Positions 40,095 to 53,093 of a stretch of 64,000 nt of DNA are shown in pieces. Every line of letters begins with the position of its first letter. Within the stretch, counting starts at the first letter, position 1. This stretch comes from Yuukianura sp. NJ FZ-2021 (taxonomy: Eukaryota). The notes below the pieces were generated by a model. It made no database searches and had not been told where the DNA came from. It saw only the letters and a program-made list of their open reading frames with translations. Location of the stretch: assembly GCA_046563655.1 (NCBI GenBank), contig CM102289.1:7564001-7628000 (forward strand), in the 5' to 3' direction. A program made the position numbers and the translations under genes.

Positions 40095-40532
40095 TCAGTA
40101 CCATCTTTTGGTGGGTTTTGGTATTTTTGGAGTCGTTTTCAAAGTGGAAGTAGGTTGAGGACAACTGCAGACGACGTTGTCGGTGTTATTTCCCTGGTCG
40201 TCATAGAATGTTTTAGGTTTTGGGTCAGCTAATCCCGCAGAATCTCCGGAGACTTTCACTTCATCTGGATTGAGGTCAGATCCTGGAAGTACTGCCAAAT
40301 CATCATCAGTGACTTCGGTGATTGTCGTTGGAGGGAGGAAAGCAGACCAATCTTGTCTCTGGTCACTAATACCCGGGATTTCTTCGTTCCCTTGCCTCTT
40401 CAGGCTTGACGTCACCAGATGCACAGAAATAAATTTTGCTTGAGTTGGAACAAAAAGTCGAGCGGCCACGATGTCATCTTCATCTGGGTTGGAATTATTA
40501 CTTTGCTTGGTTTTCGTACCACAGCAGCCCAT
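40095..40532 (-). CDS. hypothetical 145-aa acidic/Pro-rich protein with N-terminal MGCC acylation motif
   Basis: ATG in AAAAG-ATG-G context, MGCCGTKTK start, hydrophilic coding-like composition in AT-rich surroundings. No family recognised. Confidence 0.55.
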   Translation of the reverse strand: MGCCGTKTKQSNNSNPDEDDIVAARLFVPTQAKFISVHLVTSSLKRQGNEEIPGISDQRQDWSAFLPPTTITEVTDDDLAVLPGSDLNPDEVKVSGDSAGLADPKPKTFYDDQGNNTDNVVCSCPQPTSTLKTTPKIPKPTKRWY

Positions 40533-42649
40533 CTTTTCCTGGAAGCACTTTCAATTTTATGAAAACTCACAAACGACTTGTTGAAGATTTTTTTCTGAAA
40601 GTTTTGCTTTCATTTTGGAAGCCTCTTCCATGCTAATGAAAAGTAAATGTTTACTTTTCATTAAAATAAATTCCCAGTTGCTAAGGTAACTGTTTCCCAA
40701 AATGGGAGAAAGTAACTCTTTGTTACAAGAATATAAATATTTTTACAAAAATAGAAAAGTTATTACTTGACCTAATTTATTATTTTTAGCTATGGAAATA
40801 TGTTTTTATTATGGAAATATTGACCAAGGATTAATACTGATTAGAATCAGTTCTAAGAACGCAGTTGACCTGTCAAGTATAGTTTTTCTAAAGCGTGTCT
40901 TAAGTTTGCATGTGCGAAAATGAATTCAACCTCAGGAAATAAGTGGAGAAAGCGCTTTGAGAACAAATCTAGAAATGAAACCCAAGTGTGTTTCAACTCT
41001 TGCGTTTTTCGGTGTAATTTAGACGCCGTTTGAAGAAAACTCTACTGGAATTAGATTTGAACTGATGATAGACACTTTCCGTCATTTCCTTTGAACTAAA
41101 TTAGCTTCTTAGAAAACTTAGAAACGGAAATTAAATGCTCTTAATACCCTCAAATGAACCCATGACCTGACTTTAAAAATATCCCAACATAGGTCAAGTC
41201 ATAATCTTGGCTCTGTGCTATGCAACAATGTATATACACAAACCACAAAAAAATTAGACCAATCAAAAAAAAGTTGGGAATTACGTCTAAATTGGACTGT
41301 AAGCCGATTGTAACTAAACCATTCTTAATGTATTTTTGTGATTGTTGTGTCTTTTCAAGCATTTGCCTACTTTCCATGTGGCAATTTTATGTGGCAGTTC
41401 AACGAAAGTTTGCGACCACAAGCCTAGGTAAATTCAAAAAACCAAAACAAGCAAACGGAGCTTTCATTGGTTTTTTGGGTTTCTTGAGTACTATAGCACC
41501 CATTTTTAATTATTTTTTAAAAGAAATTGTATCGGTCAACCTCAGGCATTTGTCGAAGTTTAAGATTCAATGAACACATTTCCAGTTTCATGAAAGTTTG
41601 AGTTTCCAATTACTCTTGTAATTGGAACTTTTGCTGTAGCCGTAGTCTTTTCACATGAAAATTGAAAGGCTGTTCAGAGTGAAAGCAAACCGCTTTTCTC
41701 CGAAGTGTTAGCTTTCACGTTCTAATAATTTCAGCGTCTGCGGCGACAAAACCGAATCGCACCGCTCGTGTAATTTTCAACATGAAACCTCAGCAGAATG
41801 TTTTTCGGTTCTTCAAAGGTATAAAGCCCGCAAATCCTCTCGAAGTGAACCACAGTTCTTCAAACGCTGCCGCGAGCGGAGCAAAATCCACAAACAAAAG
41901 AGTTAGCTTCAATTTAGTCATTGGTGCTAATTTTAAATCTGCAAATTAGTCACAAAAGTTCTGCGAATTCTGTCAAACTGTGATCAGAATTTTAACACTT
42001 TGTAAATATTCTGAACAAGTGCAGATGTACCGGCTACTTTTTTTATATCTGGTCAAATCTGGCATTGAACTAAAACAGGTTTTTGAATAAGGATCTTACA
42101 CGGGGAATACCGTAAATGTTATTACACGCAACTGGTCATTTACTACTTCTTTTCTTACCTTGACTCATCTGCTTATAATTTACAAAACCAAATCGTGCAA
42201 AAATTTTAATATACTAACAAAATTGTTGTTTTGTGAAACCAAAAACTAAACCCCTCTCGGCGCAAATAATTTCAAACAATTGGCAAACTTTGGCCACAAA
42301 AGTGGCATCTTATGACTGGGGAAATTTCTGGAGAGTGATCTTGTGATTGAAGTGTTTTCTGGTTCGGATGTCACAAAAAATAATAGATTTTGGATCTCAT
42401 AAAATCAACAATAACCAGTTAACTAACCTTCAATAACTGCTATTATCAGCTGCAATTGATAGTATGTCTTAATCAAGTTTCCCAACTAACACTGTGACGC
42501 AATTACAAGTAAGTTTTCCGTTGTTTTTGTTTATAAAAAAGTTGGTAAAAATTAATGTATACTTATTTTTACATTTTAACATGTTTTTGTCACCTCTTTG
42601 TTCTGAAGTCTATTCAGGAAACTTTTTTTGTGATTCCTACAGTAGCATG

Positions 42650-42816
42650 CCATTTCTTCGAATGAATTACTTCGAAACGAATTACTGCGAAACAAATTAC
42701 TGCGAAACGAATTATATTTTGAAAGTCGAATTACTGCGTTTACTGTTTAACAACTAGTTTTCGAAGTAATTTTCCTTCGGAGTAATTTTTTCGCAGTAAT
42801 TCATTCGACGAAATGG
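42650..42816. mobile_element. fold-back MITE with 15-bp subterminal repeats
   Basis: CCATTTCTTCGAATGAATTAC is the near-perfect inverse of GTAATTCATTCGACGAAATGG. Internal AATTACTGCGAAAC(G/A) repeats on the left are mirrored on the right. Confidence 0.7.
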
Positions 42817-43432
42817 TACAAAACCAGTCTTATAACTGAATTATAGTACATACCGTATCATGGAGAAAGAAATCTCGAAACTTTGTGTTGTAAATGTAAA
42901 TGCAAAAATTAAGCTGAACTTTACAAAATTTTAATGAACAAAAAACTTAACTAAAGAAAACGCTTTGATGATGTACACGTTTTGATCAGATAAAGTATTT
43001 TGTTTGTTTTCAATGAGACACTTCCCACAATTAAATAGATAGAAGTTAAGACGCTTATTGCTCCACATTCATAACGGCCTCCTTGACTGTTTTGCACAAT
43101 TCATAAATTTGCAATTTTCGCAAACGTCTAACCAGTTTTTTCTTAATCTTTTTGTTTCAGGTGACGATGAGGGAAGACGGAAACGTCGAAGACGATGCTG
43201 CTAAAAGATTCACCTTGGACTTGAAAATCAAGTTTCTGTCTCGCCCTTGTAATAAATAATTTTTCCAGTTTTCGTCATTAGACTTCATGCTTTGTACTTT
43301 GTGTGTTTGTTGTCAGAAAGTAACAAGCGTCTGTCCAGTGTTGGTTGTTCTTCAAAGTTACTTGAACAGTGAATCCATGCCCGAATTGAAATTTTGAAAT
43401 TTTACAAGTGACAAGTGAAAATTGTTTTGAAA

Positions 43433-45215
43433 ATGTCGTTGTTTAAAGTTCGAACAATGAATTCCACTTTTGACTGGGACGAAACTGCATACAACATAAT
43501 CTACTACTTGTACGATATTGAAAAAGGACCAGACAATGGAACCAGTTTTGTCAATATAGCGGGCACTTCTGGTGAAAATTGGAAAGATGAACTTACAGAT
43601 CTATTTCGTTTTTACGTGGAAGGAATCGGAGTGCTGATTATAACAATTTTTGGAATTGTGGGCAACTGTATTAGCGCATGGATTTTGTCACGTCCGAAGA
43701 TGCGATCTCCAATTAACTGTCTTTTACTAGGACTTGCAGTGGCTGACACTTTGTTCATTACAATGAACCTTGGTGTTCTCGTATTTCCAATGATTCTGAG
43801 TTACTACAAAGTGGATGTCACACTTTGTGCACTCTTGATGCCCTATCTCTACCCAATAATAGCCATAGGTTAGTTTCCATATACCTCAGTTTTTCCAAGG
43901 TTTGTTGACTTTAATTTTCTTTAACAGGTTGGGTAATCCCTCATTTTATTCCGATTTTGCAATTTTTCATTTCCCGCCGTCGTAGTCATAACAATACAGC
44001 CAATTTTTTTTTAAATTTTGCATACGAATTGGTACCAATTCTTGGAGTGAGTGAGTGGTGCCAATATTCGTACCAATTTTTTTTATTAAATTTTTTTTTG
44101 TCAACAACCAAGGTAGTACTCAACCTGTTAAAGAAAATTAACCTTTCGTTGTCAAGGAACCTTGTGTTTTTAGGTGTGGGCGATGAAAGGTCATTGATCC
44201 GTGACCTGTTTCAGTTTTTTTTTATATTTTGGATTCTAAGCAACAAGTTGACATTTGATATTTTCATTTCTTGTGTTATTAGCTCACTCGGCATCGGTTT
44301 ACTTGACAATTGCTGTCACAATCGAACGCTACGTGGCCATTTGTCATCCATTTAAAGCCAGAAGCAATTTTACTTGGACGCAAGCGACTTACATTGTGAT
44401 TGGAATTTTCTGTTGTGCTGTTGTGTACAACTCGCCAAAATGGTTGGACTTTGTGGCTGTTGGGATTGTAAATAAAAATGGAGATGTAGTTCGCTACGTT
44501 CCACTGTCAACAAGCTTACGCCGAAATCCAATTTATGAAAAGTATTACGTCTACTCATCGTACATGATCTTTGTCTATTCGCTACCGCTTCTCATCCTAA
44601 TCATCTTTAACACCATGATTTATCGAGCGGTAACTTCATTTTTTTAAATGTTTCATATTTTTTGAAATGTCAAGGTTCACATTTTTTGTACTTGTTTTGT
44701 AGGTGAAAGCAGCCAATGCACAACGCCGGATTCTGTCGAGTTCGGAACAAACTGAAAACCAAATTGCTCGAATGCTTGTCATGGTCGTTCTGGTTTTCAT
44801 TTTGTGTAATGCCATGACGATGGTCAACATCGCTGCAAAGGTCATCACGGGGTACCCCAGCATCACAGGCGTCGATTCACTGCGCAACTTTTCAGTTGTA
44901 TTCAATTCCTGTATCAACTTTGCCATCTACTGTGCATATGGTGAAAAGTTTCGCCTACATTTTGCAAATATGTGGCCAGAGGCTGTACAGCGACTATGTT
45001 GCAAAAACTTTTACAACAGATATCGTTGTTCTTCAACAATTCGATCAAGTATGATAAAAATATTTAACAAAAAATATAATTTATGAATAGATTTTGTCCA
45101 ATTTAAGTATTTTAAAGCTTTTCTGTTTTCAACAGCTTCATCAGACAAGTCGCGACCTCTGTCTACTGTCAGCATCATACGTGTAACTTCCCTTGTAATA
45201 GACGCAGAGAAGTGA
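43433..45215 (+). CDS. class A peptide GPCR, FMRFamide-receptor-like, paralogue 1
   Basis: Exons 43433 (or ATG 43457)-43868, 44283-44629, 44703-45048, 45136-45215. GIVGN, LLGLAVAD, SASVYLTIAVTIERYVAICHP, YNSPKW, LPLLILIIFN, NSCINFAIYCAYGEKFR. 5' non-coding exons likely (donor ~42509, acceptor 43160). Confidence 0.87.
43896..44164. mobile_element. MITE with CAAGGTT..AACCTTG ends, intron 1 of GPCR paralogue 1
   Basis: Termini CAAGGTT/AACCTTG, subterminal inverted TAATTTTCTTTAACAGGTTG / CAACCTGTTAAAGAAAATTA, flanks AGTTTTTC / TGTTTTTA. Second copy at 47857-48120. Confidence 0.8.
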
Positions 45216-47325
45216 ATCAGTTAACTCCAATGCAAAAACCAACTTAAATTTTCATTGAGTTTTAGTTTTTATTCGACTCTAGTCATTTTGGTTAACTATT
45301 TTTAACTTTTTTGTTATTATTTACTTTACCTTAGAATAAACGGTGTGTATTTATTGTATAATGCGATGAATTTCTGTGTCTGTTCTGACAAGTGTGGAAA
45401 TTTTTCAACACAAAAGCTAAATGCGAACAAAAATGAAGTCTGTTGTTGGCTATTGAAAAATTATTAATTGTGGAATTCACTTTTGGAAATAAATTTGAAG
45501 TTATAAAATTGTTTTTGAATTAAGAGATTGAAGGAATTTGAAAAGATGGCAGCTAAAAATTGCTTCCGTGTTTTCCATACGACAGCCAGACCGGAAAAAT
45601 AAAAGTTTTTTAAACTCATTTTTTGAAAATATGGATCAACACAAAGCTTTTTCTTACTTTGTCTTGAAGGACTCGAACTTTTTTACAAATTCTAAACGCT
45701 TACAAAAACAGCAACTGGTTCTGTCTTACTACGTTGCGGTAGACTAAAAATTTACGATCCGATATTTATGGCGATGATGGAAGAATGAATGAAGCGTAGA
45801 TATACGCTCACGGTACAGCATGGATCGTTAAAAGCCTTTCGTGTTTATTTCTCAAAACGAAACCAAAACATAAAACCCAAAATCCCAGAAAATTCTGCGA
45901 AAACAATTTCACAAAAAACCTGAAGAGTTTTTCTGCTGGTTTTTTAAAACAAAATTTTCCAACTTTCCCCTAAAAAACGCAAGACGTCCTTCATCCACAA
46001 AATATCCAAAAGCACTTTCTTAAATTTCCAATTTTATTTGACAAGACACTTATCGTTGGTAAATGTTTTATGATCTTCTAAATTTAAGCATGACATCAGA
46101 CCATTACGGTTATTGACTATTTGCATTACGCCACATTCAAAATGTGTTTAAATGTCATCATCCGTCTCCCATTTCTCTACACTGTCCCTTCTTACGTTTT
46201 CTAGAATCGCTGGTTACAAAAAGTCAACAGCCTCCTTAAAAATTCCCATGTTAAATTTTTGCAAAAAGTTTCAATTTTGCAAAATGTTTCAGTTTTTGCT
46301 AAAAGTAGATTTACATGAAAATTAAAGTTTGAATAACGAAATCACGTGAAAAACGTGAAGTTCTATTATTGCAAAAATTCAATTTAGTAGTAACATAACA
46401 AGTTGTGCGCATTCTGACACTAATTGGATGTTGAACGATGAAGTATTAGACATGCAGACAGGATAATGGAAATGATGATTTCTAGGACGCTTGATGTTTA
46501 TTACCAAAAAAGAAGCAGAAGCAGATTTTAGCAGCCACGTTCGTCTTCCAAATCTGCACCTTTTGCAAATTTGTAGTTGCTCACCTATAACTAGTAGAGT
46601 AGTGTATCAGCAAATAACTATCAAAAATCTGGCATTGAACTGTTAACTTCAAACAACTAAAAAGCCTTCTGGTTTTTTCCAGGTTTTTAGTACAGAAAAC
46701 CTAACAAGTTAGAATTTAGTTGCTTCACTAAATTTGCGTGAGAAGGAATCGAAAAAAGTCATTCTCCAATTTCTTTAAACACGAACTTACAGTTTTTGGA
46801 AAATTTTTATAACGAACCTAAAAATGTAGTTTTAATCACGACATCCGAGGAAACTATGGTTGAGTAACAGAAACAGGAAAAATTAGTTTGAGCAAAAGTG
46901 CCCGCCAAGTTTCAAATCGATTTCGTACGATTTCGAGTGTATTTTGTGGTGACCTGTCTCACTTTTTCCGTCTCTCGGTTTAACAACAAATCCAATTTGT
47001 GGGCATTGTTGCATACCATGTCGAGCACACATTTATCAAGTGAAACCGGAATTTCTAAAATCTTGAACACTAACTTAGACTGTCACATCCGTTGCCTAAC
47101 GTACAAGTCATCAATCTACTTCAACTTTCTCCTTTAGTCTCGTTGGGCTAAGTTTAGGTTAGATTCAACCTAAACCGTTTTGTGTTTCCAAGAGAAAGTG
47201 AAAGTGACGCCAAAAGTGAAAGTCATGAAACTTCCTAATCGCTTTTCCCAGAAACTTCCCACAAACTCTCGTTCCAGTTCCTGATTAAGTGTGGGCAGTC
47301 ATTTCTTTTCCGTTTTTTTTTCAAA

Positions 47326-49311
47326 ATGGACATTTTCCACTACTACATTGAAAATGACAGCCGAGTTGACCTAGAGAGCATCGGTGGTCACTACTTGACT
47401 AAAAATGAACTTGAAATGATCACTTGGGAAAGGACTCACTTTTCTCCCTTTGCCTACTACTATGGTTTACATGCTGAACTGGAAGGTGCGGCCTTAAGAG
47501 GAAATGGGTCACTTGAGGTCAACTCTACTCATTTACTGAAACACAAAAGTCGTGACCTGGTTAAATTTAGTATTGAATGTGTTGCTATAAGTGTAGTGGG
47601 TGTTCCAGGTATAGTTGGAAATGTGCTTAGTGCTATTGTTCTTTTGACTGCAAAAATGAGGTCACCCATTACCTATTTGCTCTTGGGTTTGGCCTTGACA
47701 GACTTACTCATGATTCTAAACTGTCTCCTGGGCATGGCAGTTCCAAGCTACTTTCTCTACTACAAAATAGATCTCTTCCGCTACAGATTTGCAGCGTTCC
47801 TTCCAGTCATTTTCTCTATAGGCAAAACAGGTACAGAAATTTTTGATGCCAAAAATCAAGGTTCTTTGACAACGAAAAGTTAATTTTCTTTAACAGGTTG
47901 GGTAGTACCTCGCTTGTTGACAAAAAACGACAAAAAAAAATTAGTACAAATCCAAACAATTGGACCAATTCGCATGCATTCGCATGCAATTTTTTTTTAA
48001 ATGGCTGTATTGTTATGAGTACGATGCCCTAAAATGAAAATGGAAAAGTTTTTGCAAAATCGAAAAAAAAAACATGAGGTATTACCCAACCTGTTAAAGA
48101 AAATCAGTCAACAAACCTTGCCAAAAGCGAACATTTTTTAGGCTTGAGTCAATTCTCACAACGTATGAGTTTCTGACATTCCAAACTTGTTAAAAGTGAA
48201 GCCAATGACCTCATCAACGTGAAAAGGTCATTGACCTCTAAAATAAATTTCTGCTTTGTTTCTGTTTTCAGCCCATGTTGCCTCAGTCCTGTACGCTCTG
48301 TTCATAACAATGGAAAGATACTTTGCAGTGATGTATCCTCTCAAAGCAAGACTGTTCTGCACACTAACCAGAGCCAAAATTTCGTCCATTGTCATCTTAG
48401 TTTTTTCAATAGTGTACAACATCCCGCGGTTTTTTGAATACACATATATCAAAATTCCGACGTCTCCAAAATATGTTGAAGATGATGATACTTCCGTTGA
48501 TCAAGACTTTTACTACTTTCCACTCACGGCAGACTTGCGAAAAAATGAACTTTACCGAAAATTATTTGTGGGCATGCACTACAGTCTCTTCTATTTCATT
48601 CCAATGGTACTCATCATCTACTTCAATGCTCTGATTTACCGCAAAGTAAGAGTGTCCAACAATAAAAAATTTTTTGTAAAAATTTGTAAAACTATTCTTT
48701 TTTGATTTGGTTAGCTCAAGTTAGCCCAAAAGCAGAGAGAACTGATGACCGTGTCACAAATTAGCGAGAACAATGTCACCACAATGCTGTTCATCATCGT
48801 CATAGTTTTTATGATGTGCAATATTCTGCCCGTTGTAAATTTGATTGCACGGCTAGCCAATTACAACCCACAAATTTTTGTTTTAAATTCAATACGCAAC
48901 TTTCTTTGGATTTTCAATTCCTCGGTAAATTTTGTCATTTACTACGCTTACAGCGATGGATTTCGTGAAACTTTTATAGATCTTTGGCAATCCTGTTTTC
49001 GCTGCTGCTACACTTCTGCCAGAAAAAAGAGACGATTGAAATACACTTCATCCGGTAAACCAACAAATAGTTATGATATTCTTATATTTATATTTTTGGT
49101 TTATTGAAATATAATTCTTTAGTTTATTTTATTCATTACAGGATACACCTATAATACCTCAACTTCATCATCGCGCATGAGCGTAGTCACAATCCAGTCA
49201 AACTTTAGTTCAGTCAAACGACATTTTGGAGACCCGCTTCAAGGACAACTTGGACCAAAATCTGATCTGACGTCTAGTCAAACACGATCAAACTCAATAG
49301 TTCACTTCTGA
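47326..49311 (+). CDS. class A peptide GPCR, FMRFamide-receptor-like, paralogue 2
   Basis: Exons 47326-47830, 48272-48645, 48715-49054, 49142-49311. GIVGN, LLGLALTD, MERYFAVMYP, YNIPRFFE, NSSVNFVIYYAYSDGFR. Intron positions match paralogue 1. Confidence 0.87.
47857..48120. mobile_element. MITE of the same family as 43896-44164, opposite orientation
   Basis: Left end CAAGGTTCTTTGACAACGAAAAGTTAATTTTCTTTAACAGG is the near-exact reverse complement of the other copy's right end, and vice versa. Flanks CCAAAAAT / CCAAAAGC. Confidence 0.8.
48225..48237. promoter_or_regulatory. perfect IR1 nuclear-receptor palindrome (EcRE-like)
   Basis: AGGTCA-T-TGACCT. Related AGGTCA-T-TGATCC at 44188-44200 in the same intron of the paralogue. 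Confidence 0.5.
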
Positions 49312-49607
49312 TTTGTGAATTGTGACCATTTTGAATTGTTCACTTCTATGTGACCTTGAAAAGTCAAAGGTCATCGTCAAGGTCATCGAATTCGTGGGAA
49401 TGTCATCATTAAAAAAAGTGAAATGACCAATGCGGAAAACGGAACGACAATAAAAGGGTTTTGCCGTTTCTAATAAATCATGCAATGGACATAACAAACA
49501 AAAAAGTTACTTTTCTTCTATGCAATTAACTTATTGTCCAAAGAAAAGAAAGAATTTTTTGAACTTCCTGTTGCGTGCAACTCCATATTTTTCGTAATAC
49601 GCTCTCT

Positions 49608-50760
49608 TTTTAACACTTTTTAACTTTTAACCATTTTAAAAACTGAAACCACGAATGTTAAGAAAAGGCGAACGAGACGAACTCTGTTGAGATGTTGGTG
49701 AAAGTTTGAATGTCTTTCACCGCAAAGCATCCGGCAGTAAAGCTGCTAGGCGGCGTTTTAGTTACAATTTTTTAATGTTAGATTGAAAAGCCAAAAGTGC
49801 CTAAACTTTTACTAAAACTAAAAAAAAACAATGTAGATTAACATTTTAGAACTTAGATACCATTTTAGTACAGTTAAATAAAGTTTGTTTTAAACAAAAA
49901 TCATGTTTTGTGAATATGAAATTCGCCGTTGTGGCAGAGAAGCAGTCACACACAAAATTTGTGAAGAATTACAAAGTTTTAAACTTAAAAAAATATACGC
50001 AGCACCTCAAAGAATTTACGGTGCTCGTTTCTGTATCTCTTTCCATTAAGCTAAAAACAAAAAATTCAAACTAAAAACAGCAAATCAGAATTTAAAATTT
50101 TTGAACAGAAATAAAAAAGTTGTAGTATCAAATTTTTTCCAGTTTTGCATTCTCTTGTAATTTCTTTTTTTTTATTAAACTTCTTTGAGTTTTTCTCGTT
50201 ATTTTTTGAAGTTTGTAAACTTTCGGAGAAAACTTTGAGCGGAAATTGGTATGGAAAATTCTTTCGGACTACGACACATCCGTCCTCCCTTCTATAAATG
50301 CTTCCCTGCCGCTCAATGTTACGTTTGTTTGGTCTCGCTCTGACTCAGATCATCGAAAGCTAATGAATTTTAGTGTTAATTAAAGTTTTTTTATCACGCA
50401 GAGTTGTTGTGAATCTTGCTTTGTGCTAAGTAAGTTAGGAACACGAAGACCTACCGTGTTCAGCGTTAATTTGAACTAAAAATACAATCCACAGGTTCAA
50501 CATCAACAACACCATTAATTAAACATGTTCACGTGCATTGTTTTTGTTCACTGGAATCCTAGTGCAACTTTTCAGACTTTCTCTAGAACATTGTCTAACG
50601 ACTCTAAAAACAAACTTGCACCATGCTATTTTCTTTTTTTTTCATCAAATCCAGACTTCCTGGAAATAGTTTTCACCTAACTTGCTCCGTTGCTGATTAA
50701 ATTTTGTAAGCCCCACTCTTCAAAAAAAAAAGTTAACAGATTCTAAAAATTGCTAAGCTA
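49608..50760 (+). pseudogene. degenerate duplicate of the nAChR 5' region (upstream sequence, exons 1-2, intron); source 54161-56013
   Basis: Aligns colinearly with 54161-56013 minus ~0.7 kb. ATG>ACG at 49997, exon-1 donor GT>TT, exon-2 copy (~50212-50357) has a 1-bp deletion, a 4-bp insertion and no donor. Confidence 0.85.
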
Positions 50761-51010
50761 CTTAAGTAGCTTTGAAAAAATTTTCCTCCGAAAACTGTTT
50801 CAAACAGAAAAAATGTTAAATTTTTTTATTTGCAAATTCAAAACGCTAAATAAAACTTACAACCGCTTTTCAATCCGAAGCTGTATTTAATGTATTTAAT
50901 GTTTGATTATAAACGTTAATATTTTTAAGTAAGGATTTATTGAGTCAGTAAATTCCCTAATTAAAATTAATATGTCTTATATTATTGTATAATTATTATT
51001 TATTATATAA

Positions 51011-51625
51011 TTAGCAGAAGATGATACGCAGTCCAGGATTTCCAGGTCGGCAGTCCCTCATTCCCGCTTGGTCGTCTTTGGACCACGAATAAACCCCGGG
51101 GCAATATCTCTTAATAGCGTCCGAGTACGGGGTTGGTGCATCCCTGTTGAGACTTTGACAAGCTACAAACAATCCCTTATTGTACACTCTGTTTTCTCCA
51201 GGACAGGCATTAAGATCGAAAAAGCAACTGGGAGTGTTGCAATTTCCACCGGCATTGGGGTTGTAAGGTTCCATGGTTACTGGAATATTGTAACCATCAA
51301 CCATGCTGATGTCGAACCAATTCCAACCATCCAGGTCCCAGCCGAACTCTGCTAAGCTGACAGTACCTTCCCAAGTATCGCAATTTCCGCCGCCAGCATC
51401 ACATCCCATGTGAGCCCATACCCTGCTACGGTGAGATCCTGGTCCACCTCGGTTTACACCAATGGCTCCGCTCGTTTGTCCCCTGCCAAGCCAAAAGTGA
51501 CCGGAATTAATGAATTCGCTTTTGACGTAAATATCCCACTGGCAGTTGTTACGAATAGTGACTTCTTCGGCTAATATTTCCAGTAGAAGTGCAGAGAGAA
51601 CGGAGACTACAATGATCAATTTCAT
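51011..51625 (-). CDS. secreted thaumatin-like (PR-5) protein, 10 Cys, intronless
   Basis: Signal peptide, TIRNNC, SRVWAHMGC, VSLAEF, WFDISMVDGYNIPV, CPGVYSWSKDD, terminal IIFC. TCAGT at ~51665, AATAAA at 51004-50999. Confidence 0.92.
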   Translation of the reverse strand: MKLIIVVSVLSALLLEILAEEVTIRNNCQWDIYVKSEFINSGHFWLGRGQTSGAIGVNRGGPGSHRSRVWAHMGCDAGGGNCDTWEGTVSLAEFGWDLDGWNWFDISMVDGYNIPVTMEPYNPNAGGNCNTPSCFFDLNACPGENRVYNKGLFVACQSLNRDAPTPYSDAIKRYCPGVYSWSKDDQAGMRDCRPGNPGLRIIFC

Positions 51626-53093
51626 TTTCGCAAAATATTTTAGCTTTACGTAAACAATTTACTGAGTGGAGACTCTGGAAAGTTTTTAAACCATTTTAAG
51701 CAAAAGTATTTTGGTTCTGCTCTTAGATAACAATAATAACATCATCAGGGCTGCAAAAAATATTTTCTTGAATGTTAGATATTTATATTTCTTGGAACAG
51801 CAGTTTGTCATTGTAAAAAATAGATACATATTCTTTTTTGTCGAAAATGTCTGGCGCTTTTTAAAAGATGAGTTATATTTTTATGCATATTTAGCCGTTT
51901 TTGAATTTCAAATAAAAATTTAGCATTCTTGGTAATTTTTTTTGGCTCGCCGGTAACGATTTCATCACAGTGCTTTTGTTTGAACCGGGGCGCCAACAGA
52001 ACCTATTTTTGAATATTTTATATTATTATAATAAAATAAAATAAAGGCTAACTATGCTATACTAAAATTTCTGGCTAAACGGAAAGTTTCAGCTGATAAA
52101 TACACAAACGTCAACTAAATTTGTGTGACTGTAAGTTAAATTTTTGTAAATATTGGCTTGGTTAGTAAATATGTTGTTAATTTACAATAATTGCCGTTGG
52201 TATTTCCTGTTTTTTTATTAAATGTCTCAAAATAATTTTTGGGTTTTAGTAAATACTTTGTGCAGCGCTGATTATTACTGCTGCACAGGTGTTATCATTT
52301 TGACCAAGATTAAGTGCTTATTGTCGTAGGCATTTATCCAGACCGCTAAACTATTTTTCCACTTTAGTTACCATGAATTAGCTATGCCGAATTTCGCCAA
52401 TTTTCTTAGAATTGTTTTGCAGCAGAACTGTAAACAATTTCAATATACGTACCGTAAAACTTCTAATAAAGACACGTACGTTTATTTAAAATTTTAGATG
52501 TTGAGATGAGATTCAATGTCAGAGCCTTGTAACCTTGATCTTGCTGACAACAAATCCACTTGAAATGCTCAAATCCTGGGAAAGTACTGAATTTTGGTAA
52601 TTTTAAAAGTACTTGGCACTTGATATTTTTTGAGATTAGAAACACGCTCCAAAGAAGTAATCTCAATTTTGATGACAAACAATCCACTTCAAGATTCAAC
52701 TGATGGAAAAGTACTAATTTTTTTTTAGTACTTGGTAATTCTGCTCGAAAATTTGATCTTCATTTTTTTAAAAATATAGCTTATCTTCTAAAAATCCAAA
52801 ATCTTCCCACCTTTCCATCCAGCCAATATGGCGCACTACTCAATTTCGTATCGCAAAATCGCAGTTTCAATGTCAATTATAAATCAATCAACCGATAACT
52901 ATTATATTTTAAAAATTAATTGTAGAGTTGGAAAGTGTGATTACTTAAGAGGCTGTCAATCATGAAACAATTAGTTGATATCACAAAAATTGACGTCAAT
53001 TGTCATGCTCTCTAACCAAGCATTTCTCATATATAAATCTGCAAACTGCAACAGAATTAAGTGTGCTAATTACCGTTTTCAAGAAAACTAAAC

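Noticed and set aside
42494..42757. ORF with NYCET repeats
   Set aside because: The repeats are the 15-bp subterminal units of the fold-back MITE.
52570..52720. GGGAAAGTAC / GGAAAAGTAC as NF-kB sites between thaumatin and lysozyme
   Set aside because: Poor match to GGGRNNYYCC.
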